NCBI GenBank assembly: GCA_965644495.1
Contig: CBFFSA010000004.1
Span: forward strand, 248,001-312,000
Direction: 5' to 3'
From: Perkinsela sp. CCAP 1560/9
Lineage: Eukaryota > Protista > Euglenozoa: Kinetoplastea
Length of the DNA: 64,000 nt
The notes below the pieces were generated by a model. That model ran no database searches. It worked only from the letters and a program-made list of their open reading frames with translations, and was not told the DNA's origin. A program made the position numbers and the translations under genes. Position 1 is the first letter of the stretch, and each line of letters opens with the position of its first letter. This document shows positions 34,884 through 45,622 of this stretch, piece by piece.

Positions 34884-36389
34884 CTAGTAAGGGATTTTTT
34901 TCCCTTCCTTTTGAATACAGAACTCCAACCTTTTCTTGAATGTCACATGTAATTTCTGGCAATAAATCTCGCATGATTCTGACTTTAAATATTCCTCGCA
35001 AACAGCTTTTATTTCCGCTACTGTCGATGGATTTCTCTTATTTTTTCTCCAAAGGTGTTCTATCGGGTTTAGGTCAGGAGAATCTGCTGGCCATTTCGGA
35101 GGTATCTTCTTCTCATCGAACGAAGAGTGGTACTGGCGGAGAGGTGCTTCCGCATTTTCGAATGCCACATGTGTCGTCCACCGCTCCACCGTTCTTTTTG
35201 CGGTATGCGGAGGTGCACCGTCATCAACTAGGATTGCTGTTGAGTGCAAACGCGCATAAGGAGCCCAGTGTGCTTCCAGGACTTGCTTTCTGTAATATAT
35301 GGAACCGAATTGTTTGTTTGGCGGTGGCATTTCACCAATTTCACTAAAGACCGTGCGACGCACATTCTCATCACTGTAGAACCGTCGAAAGTCGTCACAC
35401 CAATGAAAAATTACCCGACCATCACTGTCGATAGCCCCCCATAACATCACCTTTGTCGGATGATGAGAACGGCTTTTCGGAACGCGATCTTCGGGACTTT
35501 GCCAAGCGCCACGAGACAGGTCTCCAGCGTGTACATTAACCTCGTCCGTGAAGACCAGACAACTAAAAAATGATCCATTAGACATGCTGTTCTCTTTAAG
35601 CATGGCATGACAAAATTCTACGCGAGCCTTGCGTTTCGCTTCTGTCAAGTGAAGCGTGTGCTCCTTCGAGCGGAATCGATAACCATGATAATACAGAAGG
35701 GCTCGCATTCGTCGCCTAGAAACATGTAAAGGTACTTCACTCATTTGCATCATTGTGCAACGAAGATTAGTAAGTGTTCTTTGCGAGTTGACAACAGCCA
35801 ATACTTTGGGAAGCAAGTTTTTCGCATTCTCGTAACCAGACCAACTCTGTAAAGTGGTACGTGTGTGTGCAAGTTTCTTTAGTCGCTCGTCACCTTCCGG
35901 ACGTTGCAAAATTCTGCTGCAAGTGCTTCGCGTAAGGAACAGCATGTGACACAAGTCAGCTTGTGTGAACATCCCAGCCTTAAAAAGAAGTTTGACCGTG
36001 ATGACGCCTGTTTCGGTCAAACCACCTTTTCCGAACCAAATGCGCGGTAGGCCTCTTCGATTTCTTTTTCGACGACTCTGCGGACGACCAACTTGTTTTT
36101 TCGGTTCTCCTTTCCATCCCTCACTTTGCTTGAGTAAAAAATTTTCGTCCCTGAGGCGAGCGATAGAAAGTAGCAATGTCGTTTCGCTTTTTTCTAAAAT
36201 TTCGCACTGCGCTTTGTAGTGTTCGCAAAGCTCGGTAGACGTTTTCAACTCTCCTTTCAGAAGAGTTAGTTCAATTGCGAGCTCTCGTTCGCGCTGATTT
36301 GCTTTGCTTACAGACAGGTGCGGTTTATTTCCTACGTTTATTTCACTACGCGCTACGTAGTGGAAAGCGTCACTCAGAGGCTGAGCCAT
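34884..36389 (-). CDS. Atypical Tc1/IS630-like transposase (DD53E) with coiled-coil N-terminal extension
   Basis: VFTDE, VMLWGAI, VDDGAPPH, WPADSPDLNPIEHLW. One candidate end TA|CAGTGCCGTTCC at 34515; the other TIR was not found. Confidence 0.88.
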   Translation of the reverse strand: MAQPLSDAFHYVARSEINVGNKPHLSVSKANQRERELAIELTLLKGELKTSTELCEHYKAQCEILEKSETTLLLSIARLRDENFLLKQSEGWKGEPKKQVGRPQSRRKRNRRGLPRIWFGKGGLTETGVITVKLLFKAGMFTQADLCHMLFLTRSTCSRILQRPEGDERLKKLAHTRTTLQSWSGYENAKNLLPKVLAVVNSQRTLTNLRCTMMQMSEVPLHVSRRRMRALLYYHGYRFRSKEHTLHLTEAKRKARVEFCHAMLKENSMSNGSFFSCLVFTDEVNVHAGDLSRGAWQSPEDRVPKSRSHHPTKVMLWGAIDSDGRVIFHWCDDFRRFYSDENVRRTVFSEIGEMPPPNKQFGSIYYRKQVLEAHWAPYARLHSTAILVDDGAPPHTAKRTVERWTTHVAFENAEAPLRQYHSSFDEKKIPPKWPADSPDLNPIEHLWRKNKRNPSTVAEIKAVCEEYLKSESCEIYCQKLHVTFKKRLEFCIQKEGKKIPY

Positions 36390-36680
36390 AAAGGCCTCGG
36401 ATCATCAAAATCTGGCAAACAACGAAGTCCGAAGGACCTCACTACGCACCTCGTAGTGGAAAAGCGTCACTTAGAATCTGAGCCATAAAAGGCCTCGGAT
36501 CATAAAAAGTCCGGGAAACAACAGTCCAAAGGACCTCACTACGCGCAACGTAGTGGAAAGCCCAGACGCTGAGCCATAAAGGCCTCGGATCATAAAAATC
36601 CGGGAAAACGCTGAGCCCCAAAAGCGTCGGTTCATGACACACAGCCGAGTCACGAAAAACTTCACTACGTCAACGGTAGT
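36344..36680. repeat. ~96-bp tandem repeat (3 units plus a partial) with internal hairpins
   Basis: CACTACG-N5-CGTAGTG starts at 36344, 36440 and 36537; partial at 36663. Confidence 0.85.
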
Positions 36681-37546
36681 CTAAAAAGTCATTTTTTTTC
36701 TGCATGCAGTCACGGTGCCAGGCAAGCATTGGCGCATTTCGTGCGCCGAGATAATGGGTCGTTGACCTTACTGGACAGGTATCCTGGCCAGTGGGGCAAC
36801 GACCTCATCACCCGGTACTTGGATCATCCAAGGGATCCTCACTAACTCCCCCCCCCCCCCCACGATGAGGGATTTTCTCACGGGAGCAAACCTCAAGCTT
36901 TTCAACAAGTCTGGGGCCCCGGTGGGACACCACTCTTCATACAGACCTATAGGTCCCCATGCGTACAGCCACTGCAAGCCAGTGTCAGCCACTGCCAGCC
37001 AGTGCAAGCCACAACGGCCATTATTCTAGGGGACCGGAAGTGGTTGACTGGTGGAACGTGTATTTTTTGCGGCCTTCAGTCTCAGCATGGGGTGATAAAT
37101 TAAAAAAAGGGAATTTCTTGTCTTAAATGGTGTGAAATTACATTCACAAAAAAAGATGCTCCCCTTTTTTCAGCAAAAAAAATCGATGTATTTTTTTCGT
37201 GTTTCCGTTCATAGAAAAGGACGTCCTGTTCGATGAGTATTCATCGAATGCCCCCCTCCCCAAATATTGTATAGAGTTGAGTCATTCTCATGGTAATCTG
37301 GTGCTCTATTGAATTAGGAAGGATGTAAATCTACTGGTTTATTAAATAAATAAAAATTATTAGCAAACTAAAGCGTGATCTTGATATAGTGTCACCGTCG
37401 ACGAAACTAAGGAACGTTCGCTGTGCATTCGATTATAAATATACTTTTTTATAATTAATTATAATTCTACTTTTTTAACGCATTCCTATTTGTAATAAAT
37501 ATTTCTAAACCTTTTGTTTATTGTGACTCCGAATGAAGTGATACAG

Positions 37547-38050
37547 CTACTTTCGTTGTTCCACCAGCTTTTCAATGAATGCACTGCCCTTGTTACGGAC
37601 CTGTGCTGCCTCAACTGAAAGTGCTTTGCGTTGAGCGGCTGTCAGCTTCTTATATTTGGCAGATACTTTCTTTACCGCCGCGCTGAAACAAGCTTTAGGA
37701 TTCTTGTGGTTGCCCTTCTCTGCCTTGTATATCGCTGGCATGACACGTCGCATGAACAAACTATAAGGGCGACATTTAGCACTTTGAACTTGCGCTTTCA
37801 GTGACTGTTTTCGCTTCATATTCTCGGCAGCAATCTTGCTGAAGGATTGAACTTGAGCAGGAGATAACTTTTTAAAAGCGGCATGCACTCCGGCGAGATC
37901 TGGAGATCCTTTTTTACCTTTGCAAGACTTTGCTATAAATACACGCAGCGCACTTGTCGGGGCTGATTTTCCAGCCCATGGCTTATTGATAACTTTATGA
38001 CGAAGCTTTGCGATGTTCTTGGCGAGGTTTGGAAGCGCACGAGAAAACAT
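37547..38050 (-). CDS. KAP-like HMG protein, paralog 3
   Basis: 167 aa, colinear with the other two copies. Confidence 0.75.
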   Translation of the reverse strand: MFSRALPNLAKNIAKLRHKVINKPWAGKSAPTSALRVFIAKSCKGKKGSPDLAGVHAAFKKLSPAQVQSFSKIAAENMKRKQSLKAQVQSAKCRPYSLFMRRVMPAIYKAEKGNHKNPKACFSAAVKKVSAKYKKLTAAQRKALSVEAAQVRNKGSAFIEKLVEQRK

Positions 38051-38510
38051 TAGAGATAGAAAGACAGAGAAATAGAAAAAAAACTAGTATGAGATAAATT
38101 AAGATAATTTCTTAACCTTAACCTTTTAGATTTATTGAGGGAGATATAGTGAGCATCTAACTCGTCTTCTAAGGTTAATTCCGCGAGGGTGGAATGGGCG
38201 TAAAGCGAGTAATCCGAGGAACGGTATATTATTTGAATAATATAGTGTTAAAATTTCTATCAAAAGAATATAGCGTTATCTAATATTTAAATAGGGGAAA
38301 AGTGCAAGTGAAAAGATGATCTTTAGAAGTCCACACGGTAGTTTAAGGGGCTTTTAAGTTGCTATAGAGCACTAAAGAATTGTAAAAAAAATGATTTTAG
38401 CCCATAATTCAAGCTATGGCCAAATAAGTCTAGGTATTTCCAAAGAAAAATCACGACAAGTAGGTCCGCCATAATGGAAAAAAGAGGTGAATTTTACCAT
38501 TTAAATAATA

Positions 38511-38930
38511 TTAGGCTCTTCGTTAAAAGCGGTGGTTGTTTTCAACTTAGAAGTCCCTCATGCTGCGCGCTTCACGTTGAAAACTACCACCGCGTTTAAC
38601 GAAGAGACTAAAAAAGAAAATTTGGCTGGGAAAGCTGAAGAAAACGGAAAGATTATAGCCAAAATCAGCCAATTTTCGGATAAAAATGGGGTCATTTTTG
38701 GGTATTTTTGCTCTCAGAGCACTAAATCTGATATTAGCAAGTGGGGAATCACTCGTAGGCATGAATGGAAGCCTACTGAACGTATTGGGTAGAGAATGCG
38801 ACTCCAACCGCACCATTCATTTGACATAAAAAGACCCCTTTAGGCCCGAGAATTGCTTTTTTGCATTTATTGGTCAAAAATGGGCCATTTTGGGAGGCGT
38901 ACCACGGCTAGAAGGGGTATCTGGCGAAAA
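38511..38930. repeat. Hairpin-bearing dispersed repeat (copy 2)
   Basis: Hairpin at 38511-38611. Downstream sequence is homologous to 50440-50670 and, inverted, to ~120-230. Confidence 0.75.
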
Positions 38931-39131
38931 AGACGATGTAGAAGGCTAGTATAGGTCCCAAACTCTCAAAATACAATAGGGAAAAAAAGTTGAAAAACTA
39001 TTTTTTTTACCATTTTTTTCGCCACGTTGATTTTTTTTTCAATTTTTTTTTCCGAAAAAATCCGAACTTGGCGGACGGCGTTAGCACATTTATAATGCAT
39101 ATTTACCGCACGTTTATAATGCATACTAAGC

Positions 39132-39293
39132 GGCACATTCAAATTCATATAGCACATTCACATGCATAACAGCACATTCATATGCATAATGCACATTCAC
39201 ATGCATAAATCCGACACATTCACATGCATAAATCCGACACACTCACATGCATATAGCACATTCACATGCATAACAGCACATTCACATGCATAA
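39132..39293. repeat. Minisatellite of ~18-23-bp units (GCACATTCACATGCATAA)
   Basis: About 8 tandem degenerate copies. Confidence 0.9.
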
Positions 39294-39934
39294 AATTTTA
39301 GGCACCGATTTCAACTTTTTCAAAAAGTTGGTGCGGGGTGCTATGGAAGCTCACCTTTGCTCCCGGTGAGGCCCCGGAGTTGCGAGAGGCCTCCATACCC
39401 CACAACTACCACCTTCCCCCCCTATTTAGCGGGGGTCGCGCGAGGGGTTTCTTCCCTTTTTAAGGGACAATCCAATTTTGCTTATGAAAAAAGAATCCAC
39501 TTCCCCCTCCCCCCCACAAAAAAAAATCTCCCCCCAAAAAATTCTTCCCCCAATTTTGTCTCCATTAAAGCCTTTAATAGGCCTTTAATACTGACCACCC
39601 TTTAAAAGGGTGGTCAGTATCATAAATGCCCGCGAATAAGAATACTTGAGAATGTACAACTCTTCTGTTTTGAGATAAATTTATGCTAGTTGATTTTATG
39701 CGATTCTGAGAATGAAATACAGTTGATTTTCATTTTTTTGGAAAGTGTACAATATTGGCTGAATCTGACCTGCTTAAACGGGGGGAATGAGGTCCGCCGG
39801 GGTGCGCTTAAGGGGAGGCGGGACAGTGTACGAATTGTATGTAAAAAAGGACCGAAAGAATAAATTCTAGACTTCCCGAATCCGACTCGTACCTCTGAGA
39901 TTGGACCCTTTTGTGCTTTTTTATTACAGTGCAG

Positions 39935-40557
39935 TTAGAAGACTACTCCGTTAGGAATAAAGTCCGGTACCTCCAAACCATTTCCACTAAGAAGTATGCT
40001 AAGCTCAGATGAAATTCCCGTGAAATCCAATAGTCCATTAAACGAGTTGTCTCTGAGATCAAGTTTTGTTAAAGATGCCGGAAGGCGCGTGAGATCAATT
40101 CCGCTATGAAATTCGTTGTCATCTAAGGAAAAGATTTCCGGTGCCCTGGGCAAAGCGGTAAGATCTATGCATCCATAAAATTTATTCATGCGTCGAACTC
40201 CGTTAACGACCCTGGAAGTAAGGCAAGGTTTATGGTGCCCGTCAAGTCTTGCCGATATGCTACGAAGGAAACAAGTGTCTGGGGTATATGTTCCCACTGC
40301 AGTGTACCTTCTAAACTAAGATAGTTGGAATCAAAAAATCCGCTATTCCAGCAAAGATGAGTCACCTGCTTTTCGCTGTTACACTTAACATGATCCCACT
40401 CACACGCAGGTGTCGACTCGCTCCACGATTTTTCTGAAGTAGTTACATTACTTATGAATCGCACGAGAGTACACTCCTGTGGTAACAGAGAGCCGTGCAC
40501 CTTTCGAGGACGAGATACGCCATCCTTTGTCAAGCATGTGTTACTGTTCCGAAGCAT
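39935..40557 (-). pseudogene. LRR gene with a 1-nt frameshift near 40190 (pseudogene or assembly error)
   Basis: ORFs 40186-40557 (N-cap plus LRR) and 39935-40190 (NKFYGCIDLTALP...) join into one family member. Confidence 0.8.
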
Positions 40558-40571
40558 GTTGAAATATGAAA

Positions 40572-40592
40572 CTGATAAAAGCGAGAAAAAAG
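40572..40592 (-). promoter_or_regulatory. Putative trans-splice acceptor (polypyrimidine tract + AG)
   Basis: Minus strand TTTTTTCTCGCTTTTATCAG, 14 nt before the ATG at 40557. Confidence 0.5.
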
Positions 40593-40839
40593 CTGAAAGC
40601 TCCTTTTACAAGTCTAAACAAGTATTTAAATAACTCAGACCTTTTATTAAAAGGTCTGAGTTATTTAAAGTAGTTACTTAAAATTTAAAGTAGTTATTTA
40701 AAATTTAAACCCGAAACTAAGGTTTTTTACATTGTCCCACGGTTCACCAACATTGTGGGGCCCGCTTAATTGGAGCACCACCCTTTGTCACGGATAAACG
40801 GAACCAAAAAATACCGATTCTCAGCAAACAGCGAATGAC

Positions 40840-41889
40840 CTACGCTCGATACAGTCCCGCCCTCAGGACATACTCCATCACGGTCTCCGGTATAAGATAC
40901 CGCACACTCCGCCCCTCGCGGAGCAACGAGCGTACGTGGGAGGAACTCACGTCATTCCGCTCCCCGGCCGCACAGACGACCACAGTCGTGCGGGTGTACT
41001 CTGCAAAGTTCACCTCACAGCCGTTGTCATCCTTTAACACACAGTTCAACACATCCGTAAAGGAGGGATGTTCTTGTTGCTGCTTACAGTCAAGTTCAGT
41101 CAAGTTCTTGTTGCTGCTTACTGTATGTTCTTTTTTGTGTTTATCTTCTGGTGAGGGGAGAACGGCACTTTTTCGTGTCTTCTCCTCCCCCACGTAGTCC
41201 GCCTCGGTGCAGCGGTCAATCACCACCAGCGGGTAGTGCTGGAGTAACGGACGAAGCGTGTCCAGTCGCCACACCGGGCGCCCTGACGCACCGTCACACA
41301 GTGCCATGGAGCGAAACACATCGGCTCCGATCACGAGATGGACCTCGAGGGCATACGACCCCAAGGGAGAAGCTTTATTTTCGCTTTCCTTTTTTGTATC
41401 CCTTTTATTTGGGGATTTTGTTTCTTTCTCAAGAGTTTTATCTCGAGTGTGAGGACTGAGCTCACCTTGTAGCCATTGGGCCACGTTTTGATAGATGTGG
41501 TCCAGGACATGGTAGGTCCGGGTGTAGGACTCCCGGGTCCCCTCCCAGGGGTCACACATCAGCCATGGGCTGGAGGCGAGGGCCTCGGTGGTCATGTGGA
41601 TGCGAGTGGACGCGGGCGCGAGATCTTTTTTGTGGTACGCACTCGCGACGGGACTGAGGTAACCGCCAAGGACGATTTTCGTATTCGGCGTGTCAAGGGA
41701 GGTGAGCCCGTCGTTTGGGTTGGTTTGCGGGCGCTCAATTGCATCGCGAGCGAGTTCCATCATACGTAGATGAGCGTAGGTGATGGGGTTAAAGGATCCA
41801 CACGCGACGAGTACGACGTATGTGGTAGTAGTAGTCTCCTTGGGGGGTGGAATGCATAACTTTCCAGTGGGAAAGTCAATGGAATCCAT
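40840..41889 (-). CDS. NMNAT: Nicotinamide/nicotinate mononucleotide adenylyltransferase
   Basis: ACGSFNPITYAHLRM, GGYLSPV..AY.KKDL, DPWE, GAD, NDVSSS.VR, SVRYLIP are eukaryotic NMNAT motifs. Confidence 0.95.
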   Translation of the reverse strand: MDSIDFPTGKLCIPPPKETTTTTYVVLVACGSFNPITYAHLRMMELARDAIERPQTNPNDGLTSLDTPNTKIVLGGYLSPVASAYHKKDLAPASTRIHMTTEALASSPWLMCDPWEGTRESYTRTYHVLDHIYQNVAQWLQGELSPHTRDKTLEKETKSPNKRDTKKESENKASPLGSYALEVHLVIGADVFRSMALCDGASGRPVWRLDTLRPLLQHYPLVVIDRCTEADYVGEEKTRKSAVLPSPEDKHKKEHTVSSNKNLTELDCKQQQEHPSFTDVLNCVLKDDNGCEVNFAEYTRTTVVVCAAGERNDVSSSHVRSLLREGRSVRYLIPETVMEYVLRAGLYRA

Positions 41890-42321
41890 GGATAAGGGGG
41901 TATGAATACGTACTACATTTTTTTATAGTCGAGACGTAGTCATGATTCCTATTTATAGTATGGTGAGAATAATATACAGGGAGTCACAAATCTAAGCTTA
42001 AAATTTCTATTTTTAAACGAAAATCGTGTAGTTTACCTTTTAACCTACATTACGTCCCGTGGTTAAAGCAATCTTTCCTGCAGAAGCGCGTTGCTGAAAA
42101 TACGAGTAAAGCGAGCGAACAAAAAGAAATGTGAGGGAAAACGGATAAAACATCATATTTTTGAAAAATATGAAAAAAATTCTGGAAGAGGAATCATTAC
42201 GAGACGGGCTAGAGGGAATCGATTCTGACTGGACACGTGTACACACGGGATATTTAGTCACACCACTGAGCCGTTTGCTCTCGTTCCACATCAAATTCCG
42301 TACCTGGAGTGAAAACCGTAT

Positions 42322-42939
42322 CTAGAATTCTTCTACCTTTATGCGGGTACCGCTGCACTCAAAATAATTCAAAGACTCGGGAAGATCCCGGCGACAAACT
42401 ACACCTTCAAGAAAACAGTTGTTCTCTAGAGAAAGATTCATAATACCGTCCGGGAGCCGACTCAGCGTAACTTCCCCTTCAAACTTGTTCGAATTCAACT
42501 GTATTTCCACCAACGTAGAGGGGAATCCTTCAAAATCAATCGTTCCCGTAAACTGGTTGTGTTCGAGAAGAAGGGACTGCAGGGACCGAGGAAGTTCCTT
42601 CGTTTCCAGAGTCCCGGAAAAATTATTAAAACTCAAATCCAACTCTACCAAAGTGTTGGGAAGGTAAGACCAATGCAGAAACCCTGTGCTCTTTGCATTC
42701 TCCCAATTCAAATAGATTACGTTCTCGTCCAGATCACAGAATACTCCTTCCCACTGACATGCATGGGTTGCCGTGGTCCAAGAGGGATGGCAAGGGAGAA
42801 CGTCTTCAGCAAACCGGCTGAGGTCATACTGGGGGAGCCACCTCGCTCCCCGAACGCGTCCTAAACGAGATGAGACATGAGAAGAGGGATCGGAAAAGTG
42901 AAGACGCGAAAAAAGGGAAAATAGGATGAGTGCCGGCAT
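42322..42939 (-). CDS. Leucine-rich repeat protein
   Basis: RLGRVRGA..LPQ..L..F, SW...ACQWEGVFC, then LP-type LRRs. Confidence 0.9.
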   Translation of the reverse strand: MPALILFSLFSRLHFSDPSSHVSSRLGRVRGARWLPQYDLSRFAEDVLPCHPSWTTATHACQWEGVFCDLDENVIYLNWENAKSTGFLHWSYLPNTLVELDLSFNNFSGTLETKELPRSLQSLLLEHNQFTGTIDFEGFPSTLVEIQLNSNKFEGEVTLSRLPDGIMNLSLENNCFLEGVVCRRDLPESLNYFECSGTRIKVEEF

Positions 42940-42956
42940 CGTGATATTTTATAGAG

Positions 42957-42972
42957 CTAGGAGAGAAAAAAG
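42957..42972 (-). promoter_or_regulatory. Putative trans-splice acceptor
   Basis: Minus strand TTTTTTCTCTCCTAG, 17 nt before the ATG at 42939. Confidence 0.5.
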
Positions 42973-43309
42973 TTCAAATGTTTACTTTTTTTGACGAAAC
43001 AAATGAAACGAAAAAGGATTTCTTTGATACTTTTGAGTCATTTACACCAACTGTTTAGCTTTGTTTACGACTTGTACCTTTACTGTTGTACCTTTACTGT
43101 TTTTATGGACTGCTCAGGGTGCAACACTTTTACATGTTTGACGATAGCGATGTCAATTTTGTAAACATCGTAGGAGAACCTTGCTGTCTGACTAGCGAAC
43201 CGCTATTGCGGAGCCGATGCTCCATAACTTCGCTGCGGAGAGCAACCTAGAAAGAAGGAATGTTTCGAAAAGCTCGAAGACAGTTTGATGTACCGCCTTA
43301 ACTTCCTCT

Positions 43310-43540
43310 TGACGGGTAAACTAGGTGCCGATGTCGTGGTATACGGTCACAGTTGGGACTTGCCTCCAGACAGGTAATGTACAGGTGTAGTGTCTGTATC
43401 CAGACAGGTAATATACGGTGTAGTGTCGTGGAAAAGTACTCATCCAAAGTGCCATATACAGAGGTAGTTTCGATGAGTACTTTGTTTTTGGAAAACTACA
43501 AATTTCGATGAGTACTTATCCAAACTACTGCACCGCCACT
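43310..43540 (+). repeat. GATGAGTACTCATC palindrome-array repeat family, copy A
   Basis: Inverted homolog of 50705-51060 and direct homolog of 62414-62662. Confidence 0.75.
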
Positions 43541-44017
43541 TCAATACTAAAAAACTTTTTTTCATTGTGCTTCATGGCACACCGTTACATAATTTCGAGC
43601 GCTCAATCACGACTTTTATCATCCTTATGTAGGTACTGAGTACCTACAGTGAGTACTACTCACGGTAGATGTGCTCCTTGTGGAGGTATTCACTGAGTTA
43701 TAAATAAACCACCGCCCCACTTAGAGGGTTGAAACTGGTGAGTGCGTCCGGGTGCGTCCTGGTGCGTCTGGGTGCGGCTGAGTTAGGGGAGGGCCGATTT
43801 TTTTTGATAACTTTCCTCTTTTATTTTTTCTCAATGCCTAGATATTGGACACTATGAAGATTTGGATGGCACTGAATGACTAAGTTTTATGTACTTGTGT
43901 ACTACAAGTATCCAAAACTAAAATTTGTGGGACGGTTTGCGCACATCTGAATAAAAGTAAGGAAGTAATCGAGACCATCTTTTTCTAAAACTTACGTGCT
44001 TACATCGCCTCCAACAA

Positions 44018-45622
44018 CATACCCTGGACTTAGCTCCGAGCAACTTACTCGGCATGGATCAATGATGCTTAATTTACTACACTTGAATTGATCATTAAGT
44101 CATAGAAACTGATTTTTTCCCTTTCGATTTCTATTTTCTTTCTCTGTGTTTTGTGTTCCGAATCCTCCGAAGTGATGTGATGTGCATTCGTGGTGGCGCG
44201 CGGCTGAACCGTGTGTTAGGGAGGAAGGGCTTTATCGATTGACATAAGGGGAAAAAATAGAATAACTAAGGATTGCTATTATTATAGCAGGTATTATTAG
44301 GTGAACTTTAAACTTGGCCGTGATAATTCGAGTATATAGATTATAAATCGGGAACAGTGTCCTAAGAAGACCTTGTGTCAGACGATTTGTCATACGACAA
44401 CATTGACGGTGTTCGTTATCTACGAACAGCCCTATCGAAAAGCCCCTTCTTTTATGCAATGCATTGAGAAGGGGTCAGGTGTAGAATTTTACGCCAAAAG
44501 GGCGCAGCACCATGATAAGGCTTCCCAAGGAAACTTTCAAGTGGAATTGGGATTTTCCTATACATATCACAAAGTACAAGGTATTACTTGAAGAACGGTG
44601 TTATTCTTGACTTAAATGATAAGGCGTGGTCCAAGAGACCGGAACTCGCCAAGCTCACAGTAGCAATATCAAAATTACCTGCCACGAAGTAAAGCATCCC
44701 CCGCGCCAGCGGGTCTGCACACTCTCGAAGGGCGGAGTGTGTACAGTATGTTACATAGTGTTTTTTTTATGAAACTATAATAAATTAAGTAACGCGGCCC
44801 TCCTTCTCTAGGCAAGTACGGCGCGTTTCCGGTTGGTTCTTTAATTTGCGTGATGGTACATGTAACTTTTTTAAGAAATAAGAGTTGTTCATTTATTAAG
44901 TTGGATATGTATTGTGTTTTGCTCATTGATTTTAGAGTGTAAGCTTAATTCCCAAAACTTTCATTTTCTTGTCTGTGGTTTTTACTACATGAGCAAGTCT
45001 GAAGAAAGCAATTCCCCTAAAAAGGCTGTGTGTCCCTCAACACAATTTATTAAGAGCAAAGAGAAAGTTAAAAATACGGAACTTGAACTTAAAAGAGCCA
45101 AAAAGGAGTTGGAATCCGAGTACACCTTTTCATCTCTCGACCCCTTTTCAATCACCGTCAAATGTATTTCTGACAGGGCCTGTGGAAGTGAGCAAGGAAA
45201 GTTTTCGAACGTTTTTTTCGTCCTTCGGAACGATAGTCAAAATGACCCTTCTGTCTAACAAACATCTCGGCTTTGTTATGAAACAATTGAACAGGCGAAA
45301 CGTGCTGAACACTCATGCCGATGCATGCAGGTGCATCTAAAGGGAAAAAGAAAAAAGCGGAAGGAACGGGATTTTCCGAAATTGGCCAAGTATTAAAATT
45401 TTTAGTCACCCCCCAGGTCGAGCTGATCCCCCCTGTATACTGATTTTAATCGACCTAATTAAAAACACATCAGAAAAAAGAAGCTAGGGCGCTCCACGAA
45501 GTTATTTTTCGGCGCAGACTGATCTCTAAAAAAATGATTTTTTGATCCATTTATGCTCACTTTGAAAATGTTTAGTTGTGCTTAATGATGCTTAATTTAC
45601 TCGGAGCTAAATCCAGGGTATG
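44018..45622. mobile_element. Non-autonomous CATACCC-ended TIR element with 6-bp TSD
   Basis: CAACAA|CATACCCTGGACTTAGCTCCGAG...CTCGGAGCTAAATCCAGGGTATG|CAACAA. Confidence 0.88.
44500..44675 (+). pseudogene. PIF1/RecD-family (Helitron-like) helicase C-terminal fragment
   Basis: VELGFSYTYHKVQGIT, then a frameshift, then KNGVILDLN...LTVAISK, matching SF1B motifs V/VI. Confidence 0.65.

Noticed and set aside
36344-36680. Tandem hammerhead ribozymes
   Set aside because: A stem followed by GAAA is present, but there is no CUGANGA core on either strand.
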